Source of the DNA: an uncultured virus (IMG/VR IMGVR_UViG_3300047458_000106)
Taxonomy: Duplodnaviria > Heunggongvirae > Uroviricota > Caudoviricetes
DNA: 64,000 nt
Reading direction: 5' to 3' (one strand)
Virus record (IMG/VR): IMGVR_UViG_3300047458_000106
Below the pieces are notes generated by a model, which saw only the letters and a list, made by a program, of their open reading frames with translations, was not told where the DNA came from and ran no database searches. Both the position numbers and the translations under genes were made by a program. This document shows positions 7,879-17,065 of the stretch, in pieces. Position 1 is the first letter of the stretch. Each line of letters opens with the position of its first letter.

Positions 7879-7894
7879 GAAATCACAAGTAGAG

Positions 7895-8160
7895 AAGAGT
7901 CGTAGTTGGTTGGTTGTTGTGAGACTCAGAAAAGATGTTCTAGTTGTTAAAGTCAATTAAGACGTGGCATATAGTAGTGAGACTAGAGTAAACATCGAAC
8001 AATGATTGCAATGAAATTCTTACGTAGTTGGGTTGGGATTTGCAGTAAAACGATACTTGTTATGGTGGAAGGCCGAAACCACCTAGATAAAAAATAGAGT
8101 GTAAGAAATCGGGCAGTCCCCGAGACATTGAACTACTATACAATCAACTACACGATTCTT
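7895..8160 (+). ncRNA. Putative ~270-nt structured RNA between tRNA-Asp and iscU
   Basis: Ends pair over ~18 bp (7895-7912 with 8141-8160); several internal helices; possible pseudoknot. Confidence 0.7.
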
Positions 8161-8172
8161 ATAAATAGTAGT

Positions 8173-8622
8173 ATGGCATATAGTAGTAAAGTAGTAGACA
8201 GATTTGAATCTGTATTAAAAAATCCAGAAAAACATGCGGTGGGTAGATTTGACCCAAAAGACCCGAATGTTGCAACAGGATTAGTAGGCGCACCAGCATG
8301 TGGTGATGTCATGAAATTAGATATCAAACTTAATCCTGATACAGATGTAATTGAAGACGTTAAGTTTAAAACATATGGGTGTGGTAGTGCGATAGCATCA
8401 TCAACGATGTTTGTCGAAATGCTAAAAGGTAAAACTATCGAAGAAGCAAAACTCATAAAAGATAAAGACATTGCCGAAGCATTAGAACTTCCTGCGATTA
8501 AATTGCATTGTTCTGTTCTTGCAGAAGAAGGTATTAAACGTGCAGTAGAAGATTGGGAAGAAAAGACTAAGCATAGAAAACATAATCAATCATGGGAAGA
8601 CCCGAACGGTTATGGTTATTGA
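8173..8622 (+). CDS. iscU: Fe-S cluster scaffold IscU
   Basis: GAPACGDVMKL, KTYGCGSAIASS, LPAIKLHCS; ATG 5 nt after TATAAATA (8160-8167). Confidence 0.95.
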   Translation: MAYSSKVVDRFESVLKNPEKHAVGRFDPKDPNVATGLVGAPACGDVMKLDIKLNPDTDVIEDVKFKTYGCGSAIASSTMFVEMLKGKTIEEAKLIKDKDIAEALELPAIKLHCSVLAEEGIKRAVEDWEEKTKHRKHNQSWEDPNGYGY

Positions 8623-8932
8623 GTTAACAGATGGAGCGATATCTAAAGCGATTGAGAGAACGGAGACAGGCAATCGAAGTGGTATTCGTCTTGGGGTCAC
8701 TGGTGGTGGGTGTGCTGGTTTTGAGTATTATATTGAATATGTTGAGTCCATTGCTGAAAGCGATACTATTTTAGATTACGGAAAGTTCAATATAGTAGTA
8801 GATGCAGTATCATTGCCATATCTAGAAGGTTCTACTTTAGATTGGGTTGTTGACGGAATCAACGAGTATTTTAAGATAATAAACCCTAAAGAAGTATCGT
8901 CATGTGGATGTGGCGTGTCAGTTCAGTTCTGA
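8612..8932 (+). CDS. iscA: A-type Fe-S carrier IscA
   Basis: GGGCAGFEY and NP...SCGCGVS. Confidence 0.93.
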   Translation: MVIELTDGAISKAIERTETGNRSGIRLGVTGGGCAGFEYYIEYVESIAESDTILDYGKFNIVVDAVSLPYLEGSTLDWVVDGINEYFKIINPKEVSSCGCGVSVQF

Positions 8933-8989
8933 AAAACTTAGTTCGTATATATACTATAGACTAGAGACTTATCCGGGGGTTCTGTATAC

Positions 8990-9595
8990 CTACTTTAAGA
9001 AATCTTTTAAATCTGAATCAACGTTTACTGCACGTCTCTTTCTTGTCTTCTTTTTCTCTTCTGTAACAATATCTTTCCAATATAAATCGTTTGCTCTAAC
9101 ACCATCGATTCTTGAACGTAGATTGTCTATAAATGCAGTAGATTCGTCTGGATTAATATCACCATCTTGTGTGTCAACTAAATCATCTATACCAACATTG
9201 GCGATGTATTTTAATTTAATGTCTTGTTGTTTCTTTTCTTTTTCGATTCTACGTAAGAATGCATACCAAGATATCTGAGTAAAATATGCAAATGCATTTG
9301 GTGTACCAGTTCTTGTTGCAGTTTTAATATCATAGTTTTTAATTGCTTTTAAACAATTTTCTACGGCGTCCATGACCATTTCTTCACGATACGTATATCT
9401 TATAAAGTTTGATTTATGTGACAACCCTTCTGCTATTTTTAAAAAACATTCTGCAATGTAGTCAGGTACGATTGGCACTTTTTTTGATTTCTGTTTTTTT
9501 GCCTTCTCTGCTTTCTCACAATAATCTACTACTGCTAACGAAAACTCTTTGTTGTTTACGTAATGTGGTTTTTCACTCGCTTTTGTCATTTTCAT
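8990..9595 (-). CDS. g55: Late transcription sigma factor (gp55)
   Basis: HYVNNKEF, IAEGLSHKSNF..Y.YREEMVMDA, NAFAYFTQI; own TTGACT-17-TATAAT promoter (9632-9604). Confidence 0.95.
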   Translation of the reverse strand: MKMTKASEKPHYVNNKEFSLAVVDYCEKAEKAKKQKSKKVPIVPDYIAECFLKIAEGLSHKSNFIRYTYREEMVMDAVENCLKAIKNYDIKTATRTGTPNAFAYFTQISWYAFLRRIEKEKKQQDIKLKYIANVGIDDLVDTQDGDINPDESTAFIDNLRSRIDGVRANDLYWKDIVTEEKKKTRKRRAVNVDSDLKDFLK

Positions 9596-9647
9596 TTCTC
9601 CATATTATACTCTATGTTACATATTTAGTCAATCTTTAAATTAATGG

Positions 9648-9676
9648 TTGACAATTTATGTTTTGTGTGGTATAAT
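9648..9676 (+). promoter_or_regulatory. Consensus sigma70 promoter with no sense gene (points antisense into the uvsW operon)
   Basis: TTGACA-17-TATAAT. Confidence 0.65.
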
Positions 9677-9704
9677 CTTTAAAGTTCGCCGGGGCGCTGA
9701 ATAC

Positions 9705-10208
9705 TCAATGAATTGTATCTGAATCATCACCATCTTTTTTAGGAAATAATTCAATCACATTATCTTCATACTCTTCTTTCGGTATACTTTCTTTTATATT
9801 ATCTAATAAATCTCCAATCAATTCTGATACAGGTTTATCTTTTGCTTTTTCATAAAAATTTTTCATTTTTGCAAATGTTTCTTTCTGTCTTTGATTATGA
9901 AGTTCTTGCATATCTAGAATAGCATCTTCCCATTGTATAATTAAATAATCTGGAGGCGTTGCCATACCGACAATATGATTTCTGTCTAACGTCATAACAT
10001 CTGAAAGGTTTTCTTGATACACCATCCATGGGCGTAGTGAATAAAAAGGTATACCAGTTGTTGTTTTAGTGTAAACTAATTTGGCCGCTTTACGAATTAT
10101 TATTTCGTCTTCAAACCCTTCTTCATCATGCCATTCTACCACTTCGCACAAAAGTTCTTCTCCTGTGTCTAACTTAAAATGTTTTACTTCCATAATACTA
10201 TTTATCAC
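9705..10208 (-). CDS. Conserved T4-like hypothetical protein
   Basis: KL.TGEELLC N-terminus; coupled to uvsW. Confidence 0.75.
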   Translation of the reverse strand: MINSIMEVKHFKLDTGEELLCEVVEWHDEEGFEDEIIIRKAAKLVYTKTTTGIPFYSLRPWMVYQENLSDVMTLDRNHIVGMATPPDYLIIQWEDAILDMQELHNQRQKETFAKMKNFYEKAKDKPVSELIGDLLDNIKESIPKEEYEDNVIELFPKKDGDDSDTIH

Positions 10209-11694
10209 CTTTTAAATTGATAGGAATAATTTTATATGGAAATTGTTCTTTCGCATATATCTTTATTCTTTCTCCACTATGTCTCAATGTAAAGTTTTTA
10301 TGTGACTTCACATGCATATCGTCTGCTATATCATACAAAGTTGTATTACTGCCATCGTCTGATTGTCGCAAACCACGACCAATCGACTGTAATACTTTTA
10401 TCTGACTCTTGCTAGGCGATGCAAAAACAATGTTGTGGAGATTCTTTATATTAATACCTGTACTAAATGTACCTAATGATGCAACAATAATCGCATTCTT
10501 TTGTGTTTCAACTATACCTCTTATTTGTTCTCTGTCTTTTGCATCTACTTCACCAGATACGTAAAAAACTTTTCGGTCTTTGTCTGCATCTTTCTTTATT
10601 ATTTCGAAAAGTTCTTTACCATGTTTTTCGACAAACTGAAATAAAACTAAAGTATTGCCTTTTAAATCTAGTGTCATATTCTTAATAAAGTTATTTCGTT
10701 TTTCGTGGCGTACAATATAATCTACTTCTTCTGCATATGTCTTGCCTTTCATCATGTGGCATACGTCATTATGATATCTTAACAATAGAACGTTAATATC
10801 TAAACCAGCAAGAGTACCACGTACCTGTAAATCACGTGTTGCGATTACTTTATGAGTTAGACCAAACAATCCTTCTAATACTAATTTATTTGTTTCTGTA
10901 CCGTCCAGTGTACCCGTAGTACCAAAACGATATTCTGCATTCTTACATTTGTTCATTACACCAGTTAATGATTTTGCTTTAAATAAATGCACTTCATCAC
11001 CAAAGACTGCACCAAACTGTTCGAACCAATCAAACTTAAGTCGATAGATAGATTGCCACGTAGAAATGATAATACGTTTGTCAGTCACTTTATCTTTACC
11101 AGAATAAATACGATGCACTTCATTGTCAACATCAAACCCATATTCATAGAAGTCTTTATATAATTGCTCTACTAAACTTGTTGTCGGAACAATAACTAAC
11201 ATTTTCTTGTCGTGATTATCATAGTACCAACGTAATAAATTGTAAATAATAAATGATTTACCACTACCAGTTGGCGATAATAATAAACATCTTTTGTTTT
11301 CTATACCATGCGATATTGCATCGTACTGATAATCTCTTATTTCAAATGGCGCATCTAAACTATCAAGATACTTTATTAAAGACTTGTGTTGTATTTTATT
11401 TTTTACTTCGGGGTGTCCATACTCGTCATTATCGACAAGTTGAATTGGGTACATTCTGTCTAGAGCAAACTTCTTTATATGTGGATATAGACCGACATTT
11501 AACTCACGTGTCATTTGATTAAATAATCTTATTTTGCCATCCCAGACTCTACGTTTAAATGCTGGCATATATCTATGCCCAGGGACAAAGAATGAAAAGT
11601 ATTCAGATAATTCTTTGAGTTGATGCCCTTCGGCATCTATCAACATCATCGAATGGTCTTTGAGACCAATCTCTATAGTATTTGCAGGTCGCAT
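10198..11694 (-). CDS. uvsW: UvsW SF2 helicase
   Basis: SPTGSGKS, DEVH, QSIGRGLR; start probably overlaps the uvsY stop. Confidence 0.95.
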   Translation of the reverse strand: MRPANTIEIGLKDHSMMLIDAEGHQLKELSEYFSFFVPGHRYMPAFKRRVWDGKIRLFNQMTRELNVGLYPHIKKFALDRMYPIQLVDNDEYGHPEVKNKIQHKSLIKYLDSLDAPFEIRDYQYDAISHGIENKRCLLLSPTGSGKSFIIYNLLRWYYDNHDKKMLVIVPTTSLVEQLYKDFYEYGFDVDNEVHRIYSGKDKVTDKRIIISTWQSIYRLKFDWFEQFGAVFGDEVHLFKAKSLTGVMNKCKNAEYRFGTTGTLDGTETNKLVLEGLFGLTHKVIATRDLQVRGTLAGLDINVLLLRYHNDVCHMMKGKTYAEEVDYIVRHEKRNNFIKNMTLDLKGNTLVLFQFVEKHGKELFEIIKKDADKDRKVFYVSGEVDAKDREQIRGIVETQKNAIIVASLGTFSTGINIKNLHNIVFASPSKSQIKVLQSIGRGLRQSDDGSNTTLYDIADDMHVKSHKNFTLRHSGERIKIYAKEQFPYKIIPINLKGDK

Positions 11695-12143
11695 TATATT
11701 CCAGTTTCGAATTGTCTCCACTTAATCATGTTCGATATCGTTTGATGTCGCCATGTAAGATTGTTTACTATTTCAGTTAGTGTTTCAATAGTTGTCTGTA
11801 AATATTGCAACTTTAATTCAGAATCTTGAATCTCTTTATCAGTATCATACCAATTTTCTTTCTGACCTTTTGTTGTGATAACAAGTCCATCATATGGGTC
11901 TGCTTTCCAACCTCTTTTCTCTATATCTTCTTGTGGCATTTTACCTTCGTAATATAACCATTTTTCTTTTAACAGATTTTTCTGGTCAAACTCTGCTCTT
12001 TTTAATCTGAGTTTAGTAAGTGAAAGATACTCTAGATATTTTGAGTGCAATGCAGGTGTGATTCTAGATACTTCATCTAATTGATTTTTTGATATCTGTG
12101 AATCTTCTTTCCACTCTGCAAGTATTGATTCTAAATTTACCAT
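11694..12143 (-). CDS. uvsY: UvsY recombination mediator
   Basis: LHSKYL, KWLYYEGK, I.NMIKWRQF; adjacent to uvsW. Confidence 0.88.
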   Translation of the reverse strand: MVNLESILAEWKEDSQISKNQLDEVSRITPALHSKYLEYLSLTKLRLKRAEFDQKNLLKEKWLYYEGKMPQEDIEKRGWKADPYDGLVITTKGQKENWYDTDKEIQDSELKLQYLQTTIETLTEIVNNLTWRHQTISNMIKWRQFETGI

Positions 12144-12186
12144 AATATATTTCCTATAAACTGCCTATTATACAGTATTAGGCAGA

Positions 12187-12387
12187 TTATGTAAAGTGTT
12201 TTTTTAGTACTTCTAGTCTATCTTCGTAGTGTGCAATCTTGTCTAGTTCTTCTTCAATAGTCACTATTAAATCACCATGTTCTGCAAGACCAACTCTTTT
12301 TTCAGTTAGCACTCTTACATTCATTTTATGTCTTTCAATGCCCGCTTCGCATTGTTTAATTAACACATCAATTATTTCACTTGTCAT
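12187..12387 (-). CDS. Small conserved hypothetical protein
   Basis: GLAEHGD..IEEELDKIAHYEDRL. Confidence 0.7.
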   Translation of the reverse strand: MTSEIIDVLIKQCEAGIERHKMNVRVLTEKRVGLAEHGDLIVTIEEELDKIAHYEDRLEVLKKHFT

Positions 12388-13469
12388 ACTGCCTCCTTCA
12401 ATGGTTTACTAAGTTCTTCCCAACTTGTTTCATAATCACTATCACCTTCTGCATAACCCATAACACCTAGTTTCTCATATTCAGGCGTAAGTTCTTCTCG
12501 TAATAGTCCTATCTTTTTAAGATTCGGCATTATTCTACTGAATAATACATCTTGAAACTGAGTTTGAAATACATGACCTTTTTCATACTCTTCTGTCTCT
12601 TCTATATTTAGACCATATTTATTCCATACTTCATATGCTTTTAATCTGTTTCTGCTGACAGTACATGCCTCTAAGGCAAACTTTGCTCTATCCATTTGTT
12701 CTTCTTCTGAAAGTGTTTGCACAAAATCAGTCAAATAATTTATACCAAAAGTAACGTGTCTTGCTTCGTCTCTTATAATATATTCTAACATTTGTTTATA
12801 AACTGGGTCATTAGTACCTTCTTTTGCCGCTTGAAAGGCCGCTAGTGCAAGACCTTCAATAATTACTTGCATACCGATAAATTTTAAATCCCATCTAGGG
12901 TCAGTAAGTATTTTATCTAGTAAACCTTTTAATGCTCTACCAACTGGCCATCTTTTTCCTAATCTTGTTTGAATATACTTATTAAATGCTTCAACGTGTC
13001 TTGCTTCATCAAAAGTTTGAGAGGCCGCATATAGTTTTGCATTAAATGTTGGCGCACATGATGTTAATTGACTTGCAACTAATAATGCGCCCTGTTCGCC
13101 ATGAAGAAACTGACTTGTTCCCCAACTATCTAAATCGTTAAAAAACTCTTCACGTCTCATTCTATCCCAAGTTTTATATTGTGGGTGATTTATCCACTGA
13201 GCATCTTTATGTTCGAACTCACCATCTGGCATTGTATCATTTAATTCTGGTGACCAGTCAACATCGACTTCTACATTCCAATTAAGTTCTTTACCTAATT
13301 CATATAGTTTTTTAATACGATTATCTTGAACAGTATAATCCCAGTTATAAGAACCAGTTAAAGGTGTTTGAAAAATTTCAACAACATCTGTTGGGTCTAA
13401 GTTTGCAGGATATTCCTCTCCGTTATATTCGACTATGTTTTTTGGAGTTTGAGTTTTTATTATTTTCAT
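12384..13469 (-). CDS. Ferritin-like diiron protein (AurF/N-oxygenase-like)
   Basis: HGEQGA...DEARH...IEGLALA...DEARH diiron pattern. Confidence 0.8.
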   Translation of the reverse strand: MKIIKTQTPKNIVEYNGEEYPANLDPTDVVEIFQTPLTGSYNWDYTVQDNRIKKLYELGKELNWNVEVDVDWSPELNDTMPDGEFEHKDAQWINHPQYKTWDRMRREEFFNDLDSWGTSQFLHGEQGALLVASQLTSCAPTFNAKLYAASQTFDEARHVEAFNKYIQTRLGKRWPVGRALKGLLDKILTDPRWDLKFIGMQVIIEGLALAAFQAAKEGTNDPVYKQMLEYIIRDEARHVTFGINYLTDFVQTLSEEEQMDRAKFALEACTVSRNRLKAYEVWNKYGLNIEETEEYEKGHVFQTQFQDVLFSRIMPNLKKIGLLREELTPEYEKLGVMGYAEGDSDYETSWEELSKPLKEAV

Positions 13470-13470
13470 A

Positions 13471-14007
13471 TTAGGTTTGTGCGATTATCTCAAATTGACT
13501 AAATCTAAACGTAGCATCAAAAGTTAAGTACGTTACTGAACCAGTCGTAGTAACAAAGTTTATAGCACCTAAACCAGTAGGTAAACAATCTTTGTATCTA
13601 ATTTTTTGAGTTGTGTTATTGTGACTCGATAATATTGCAAGAGTTATATCTGCATAAGTTGGAAATTTAGTATTTCTTTGTATAGGATTTACTTGTCCAT
13701 CATTTACTAGTCGTTGTAACCAATTAAACATTTCATTATAACCAGTCATGTTTTCATCAAGTATTATTGTAAATGTAATTTCACCATGAGTTATTTTATC
13801 ACCAGCAAGTGGTACAGATGTAATTCTTCTTGTAGGCAACTCGACAGGATTTAATTGAACACTCGGGTGTGCAACACCTTGACAAAAGTATTCTAAATTA
13901 GGATATTTAACTCTATCTATTAAAAGTTTAAATCCAGTTGGTTGTAGATAATTTAGATTCGTGGTTAGATTCTGGTCATCTACTTGTACTGTTGAGTTTA
14001 CTGCCAT
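13471..14007 (-). CDS. g3: Tail completion / tube terminator (gp3-like)
   Basis: NYLQPTGF, EYFCQ, GDKI...F.I.DENM..Y.EM..W; ATG 5 nt after TATAAATA (14020-14013). Confidence 0.75.
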   Translation of the reverse strand: MAVNSTVQVDDQNLTTNLNYLQPTGFKLLIDRVKYPNLEYFCQGVAHPSVQLNPVELPTRRITSVPLAGDKITHGEITFTIILDENMTGYNEMFNWLQRLVNDGQVNPIQRNTKFPTYADITLAILSSHNNTTQKIRYKDCLPTGLGAINFVTTTGSVTYLTFDATFRFSQFEIIAQT

Positions 14008-14099
14008 ACATCTATTTATATATTTTACAACCTGCAAATTAGTGGTTGACAAAAGTTGCCGAGATATATATAATACTACACAATTGTGAGGAACATTCA

Positions 14100-15158
14100 A
14101 TGAAAATTGCTATCTTAAATGATACCCATTGCGGTATTCGTAATTCTTCTGATATATTTATGGACTATCAAGAATTATTTTATCGTGATGTATTCTTTCC
14201 CTATTTACTAGAAAACAACATTACAAGAATATTACATCTTGGTGATTACTACGATAATCGTAAAACAGTCAATTTCAAATGCTTAAATCATAATCGTAAA
14301 ATATTTCTTGAGAAACTAAGAGAATATGGTATGACTATGGACATTATTCTAGGTAATCACGACACTTATTTTAAAAACACGAATGAGTTGAACTCACTAA
14401 AAGAATTACAAGGTCACTATATGAATGAAGTAAATATCATTCAAAAACCTACTGTCATGGATTATGATGGATTAAAAATAGGTCTAGTGCCATGGATTGC
14501 AGATGACAATGAAAAAGAATCACTAGAGTTTATTAACAATTGTAATGCATCTATCATTGGTGCCCACTTAGAACTAATTGGTTTTGACATGTATCGAGGT
14601 ATGCCAGCACATGACGGTATGGATAGAAAATTATTTGATAGATTCGAAATGGTATTGACTGGACATTTTCATGCTAAGTCTTCTCAGGGTAACATACATT
14701 ATCTAGGGGCACAAATGGAGTTCTTCTGGAATGATTGTGGCGATAAAAAATACTTTCATGTTCTTGATACTGAAACAAGAGAAATAGAAGCAATACTAAA
14801 TCCAAACACTATCTTTGAAAAAATATATTATGACCACGAAAAGATAAATGACTTTCAAGATTTAAGATATCTAGATAATAAATTTGTAAAACTAATTGTA
14901 GTCAACAAAGGTGATAGTTACAAGTTTGAAAGATTTGTTGATAGAATACAAAGTCAAAAAATACATGAACTAAAAATTGCAGAAGACTTTTCTGAGTTTA
15001 TTGGCACAAATGTAGATGACGGCGAAATAAACATTGACAATACTGAAACAGTAGTGTATAATTACATCGACTCAGTACAAACTGATTTAGATAAAAATAG
15101 AATTAAAAGAGAAATATCATCTTTGATGACAGAGGCACAGAATCTTGAAATACAATGA
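14100..15158 (+). CDS. g47: Recombination nuclease subunit (gp47)
   Basis: DTH.G, GDYYD, GNHD, GHFH; promoter TTGACA-17-TATAAT at 14046-14074. Confidence 0.95.
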   Translation: MKIAILNDTHCGIRNSSDIFMDYQELFYRDVFFPYLLENNITRILHLGDYYDNRKTVNFKCLNHNRKIFLEKLREYGMTMDIILGNHDTYFKNTNELNSLKELQGHYMNEVNIIQKPTVMDYDGLKIGLVPWIADDNEKESLEFINNCNASIIGAHLELIGFDMYRGMPAHDGMDRKLFDRFEMVLTGHFHAKSSQGNIHYLGAQMEFFWNDCGDKKYFHVLDTETREIEAILNPNTIFEKIYYDHEKINDFQDLRYLDNKFVKLIVVNKGDSYKFERFVDRIQSQKIHELKIAEDFSEFIGTNVDDGEINIDNTETVVYNYIDSVQTDLDKNRIKREISSLMTEAQNLEIQ

Positions 15159-15304
15159 GCAAGTGGCATGGTGGTAAAGGTTCAAAACAAAGACCAACTG
15201 ACAGGAAAAAATATGAAGAAAACTACGAAAGAATATTCAGGAAAAAACAGAAATCTAATTCTAGAAATGAAAGTGAGAACGATGAACGGGATTCCATTTC
15301 ATGA
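15155..15304 (+). CDS. 49-aa hypothetical protein
   Basis: MSKWHGGKGSKQRPTDRKKYEENYERIF...; ATGA overlap with g47. Confidence 0.6.
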   Translation: MSKWHGGKGSKQRPTDRKKYEENYERIFRKKQKSNSRNESENDERDSIS

Positions 15305-15340
15305 ACCCATACCAGAAAAAATAAAGAAACAATATAATTT

Positions 15341-17056
15341 ATGATACATTTTGAGAAATTGAGGTACAAGAATTTTCTTAGTACCGGTAACAACTTTACA
15401 GAAATCGATTTTGAAAAAACACCAACTACATTAGTAGTCGGACAAAATGGTGCTGGTAAATCTACAATGTTAGATGCGATATCTTTTGGGTTGTTTGGTA
15501 AACCACATCGTAAGATATCTAAAATGCAGTTAGTTAATTCTGTCAATCAGAAAGGTACTGTAGTCGAAGTAGAATTTAGAATCGGCAAAAAACAATTTAA
15601 AATAGTTAGAACAATCAAACCAAATAAGTTTGAAGTCTGGATAGATGGTAACATGGCAAATCAAAACTCTCATGTTACAGACTATCAGGCAATGCTAGAG
15701 AAAAACATTCTCAAATTAAATCATAAATCTTTTCACCAAATTGTAGTTTTAGGGTCTTCGAGTTTTATACCTTTTATGCAGTTATCCTCACAACAACGTA
15801 GAGGTGTAATCGAAGACCTACTCGATATTAATATGTTTTCTATAATGAATCAATTGTTAAAAGAAAAGATATCAATCTTAAGAGAAAAGATTACACAAAA
15901 CGAAAATGATATTAATCTAGTTGATTCAAAAATAAATGCACAGAAAAAATATCTAAGAGATATAGCAAGTGTAAATGCACAGTTTAGAAAAGAAAAAGAA
16001 GACATGATTGTTTCTACTCAAGAAGACATTAGAGTACTGAATGATAAAAATATAGAATTAACTAAACAAGTTGATATGTCATTACAACCTGCAATAGACA
16101 TGCAAAGTTCTGTAATAAAAGTAAAAGAGAGGTTTGAAGAAACTGTCGCAAATATAAATGCACAATTTAAAGTTGTTAAGAAAGAACATAAATTCTTTTC
16201 TGAAAACGATGAATGTCCTACATGTAGTCAAGAAATAGACTTGAAATTAAAACGAGAAAAAATAAAGACAACTAAAAAAAGACTAGACGATTTAAAAGTA
16301 GGTTTAGATAAATCAGATACAGAAAGAGAAAACTATAAAAAATCAATACAACTATTTCAAGATACGATTGATGATTGTGCAAAATATAATTCAGAGATAT
16401 CTGGTAATAATAAAACTATTGATAAATTAAATAAAGTAATTGATTCATTAAGAAATGAAATAGATTCTAAAATAGAATCAAGTGGCGATTTATCAGATGC
16501 GAATGCAGACCTAGAAGAATATAGAAAAGAGAAAGAAAAGCATCAAGACGAAAAATATAAATTGAATGAACAGTTTTCTTATCATCAAGTAAGTGGTGAA
16601 CTGTTAAGAGATACTGGTATCAAATCAAAAATAATAAAACAATATTTACCTGTAATAAATAAATTGACTAATCAATATTTACAGACACTAGATTTCTTTG
16701 TTCACTTTGACTTAGACGAAAGTTTCGTAGAGACTATTCGTTCTCGTCACCGTGATGCTTTTACTTATGATTCTTTTTCAGAAGGTGAAAAACAAAGAAT
16801 TGACCTGTCATTATTATTTACTTGGCGACAAATCGCTAAGATGAAAAATAGTGTAGCAACCAATCTTCTGGTACTTGATGAAACATTTGATTCATCTTTA
16901 GATATGGAAGGGGTTGACAATTTAATGAAAATACTGTATACTTTGCAGGAAGATACAAAAGTATTTGTAATATCCCATAAGGGAGAACTTGAGGATTCAA
17001 TCTTTGATAGAAAGATTGAGTTTATCAAAGATAAGAACTTTAGTAAAATTAGATAG
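15341..17056 (+). CDS. g46: Recombination ATPase subunit (gp46)
   Basis: GQNGAGKS, CPTC zinc hook, FSEGEK, LDE, ISH. Confidence 0.96.
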   Translation: MIHFEKLRYKNFLSTGNNFTEIDFEKTPTTLVVGQNGAGKSTMLDAISFGLFGKPHRKISKMQLVNSVNQKGTVVEVEFRIGKKQFKIVRTIKPNKFEVWIDGNMANQNSHVTDYQAMLEKNILKLNHKSFHQIVVLGSSSFIPFMQLSSQQRRGVIEDLLDINMFSIMNQLLKEKISILREKITQNENDINLVDSKINAQKKYLRDIASVNAQFRKEKEDMIVSTQEDIRVLNDKNIELTKQVDMSLQPAIDMQSSVIKVKERFEETVANINAQFKVVKKEHKFFSENDECPTCSQEIDLKLKREKIKTTKKRLDDLKVGLDKSDTERENYKKSIQLFQDTIDDCAKYNSEISGNNKTIDKLNKVIDSLRNEIDSKIESSGDLSDANADLEEYRKEKEKHQDEKYKLNEQFSYHQVSGELLRDTGIKSKIIKQYLPVINKLTNQYLQTLDFFVHFDLDESFVETIRSRHRDAFTYDSFSEGEKQRIDLSLLFTWRQIAKMKNSVATNLLVLDETFDSSLDMEGVDNLMKILYTLQEDTKVFVISHKGELEDSIFDRKIEFIKDKNFSKIR

Positions 17057-17065
17057 GAGTATATC

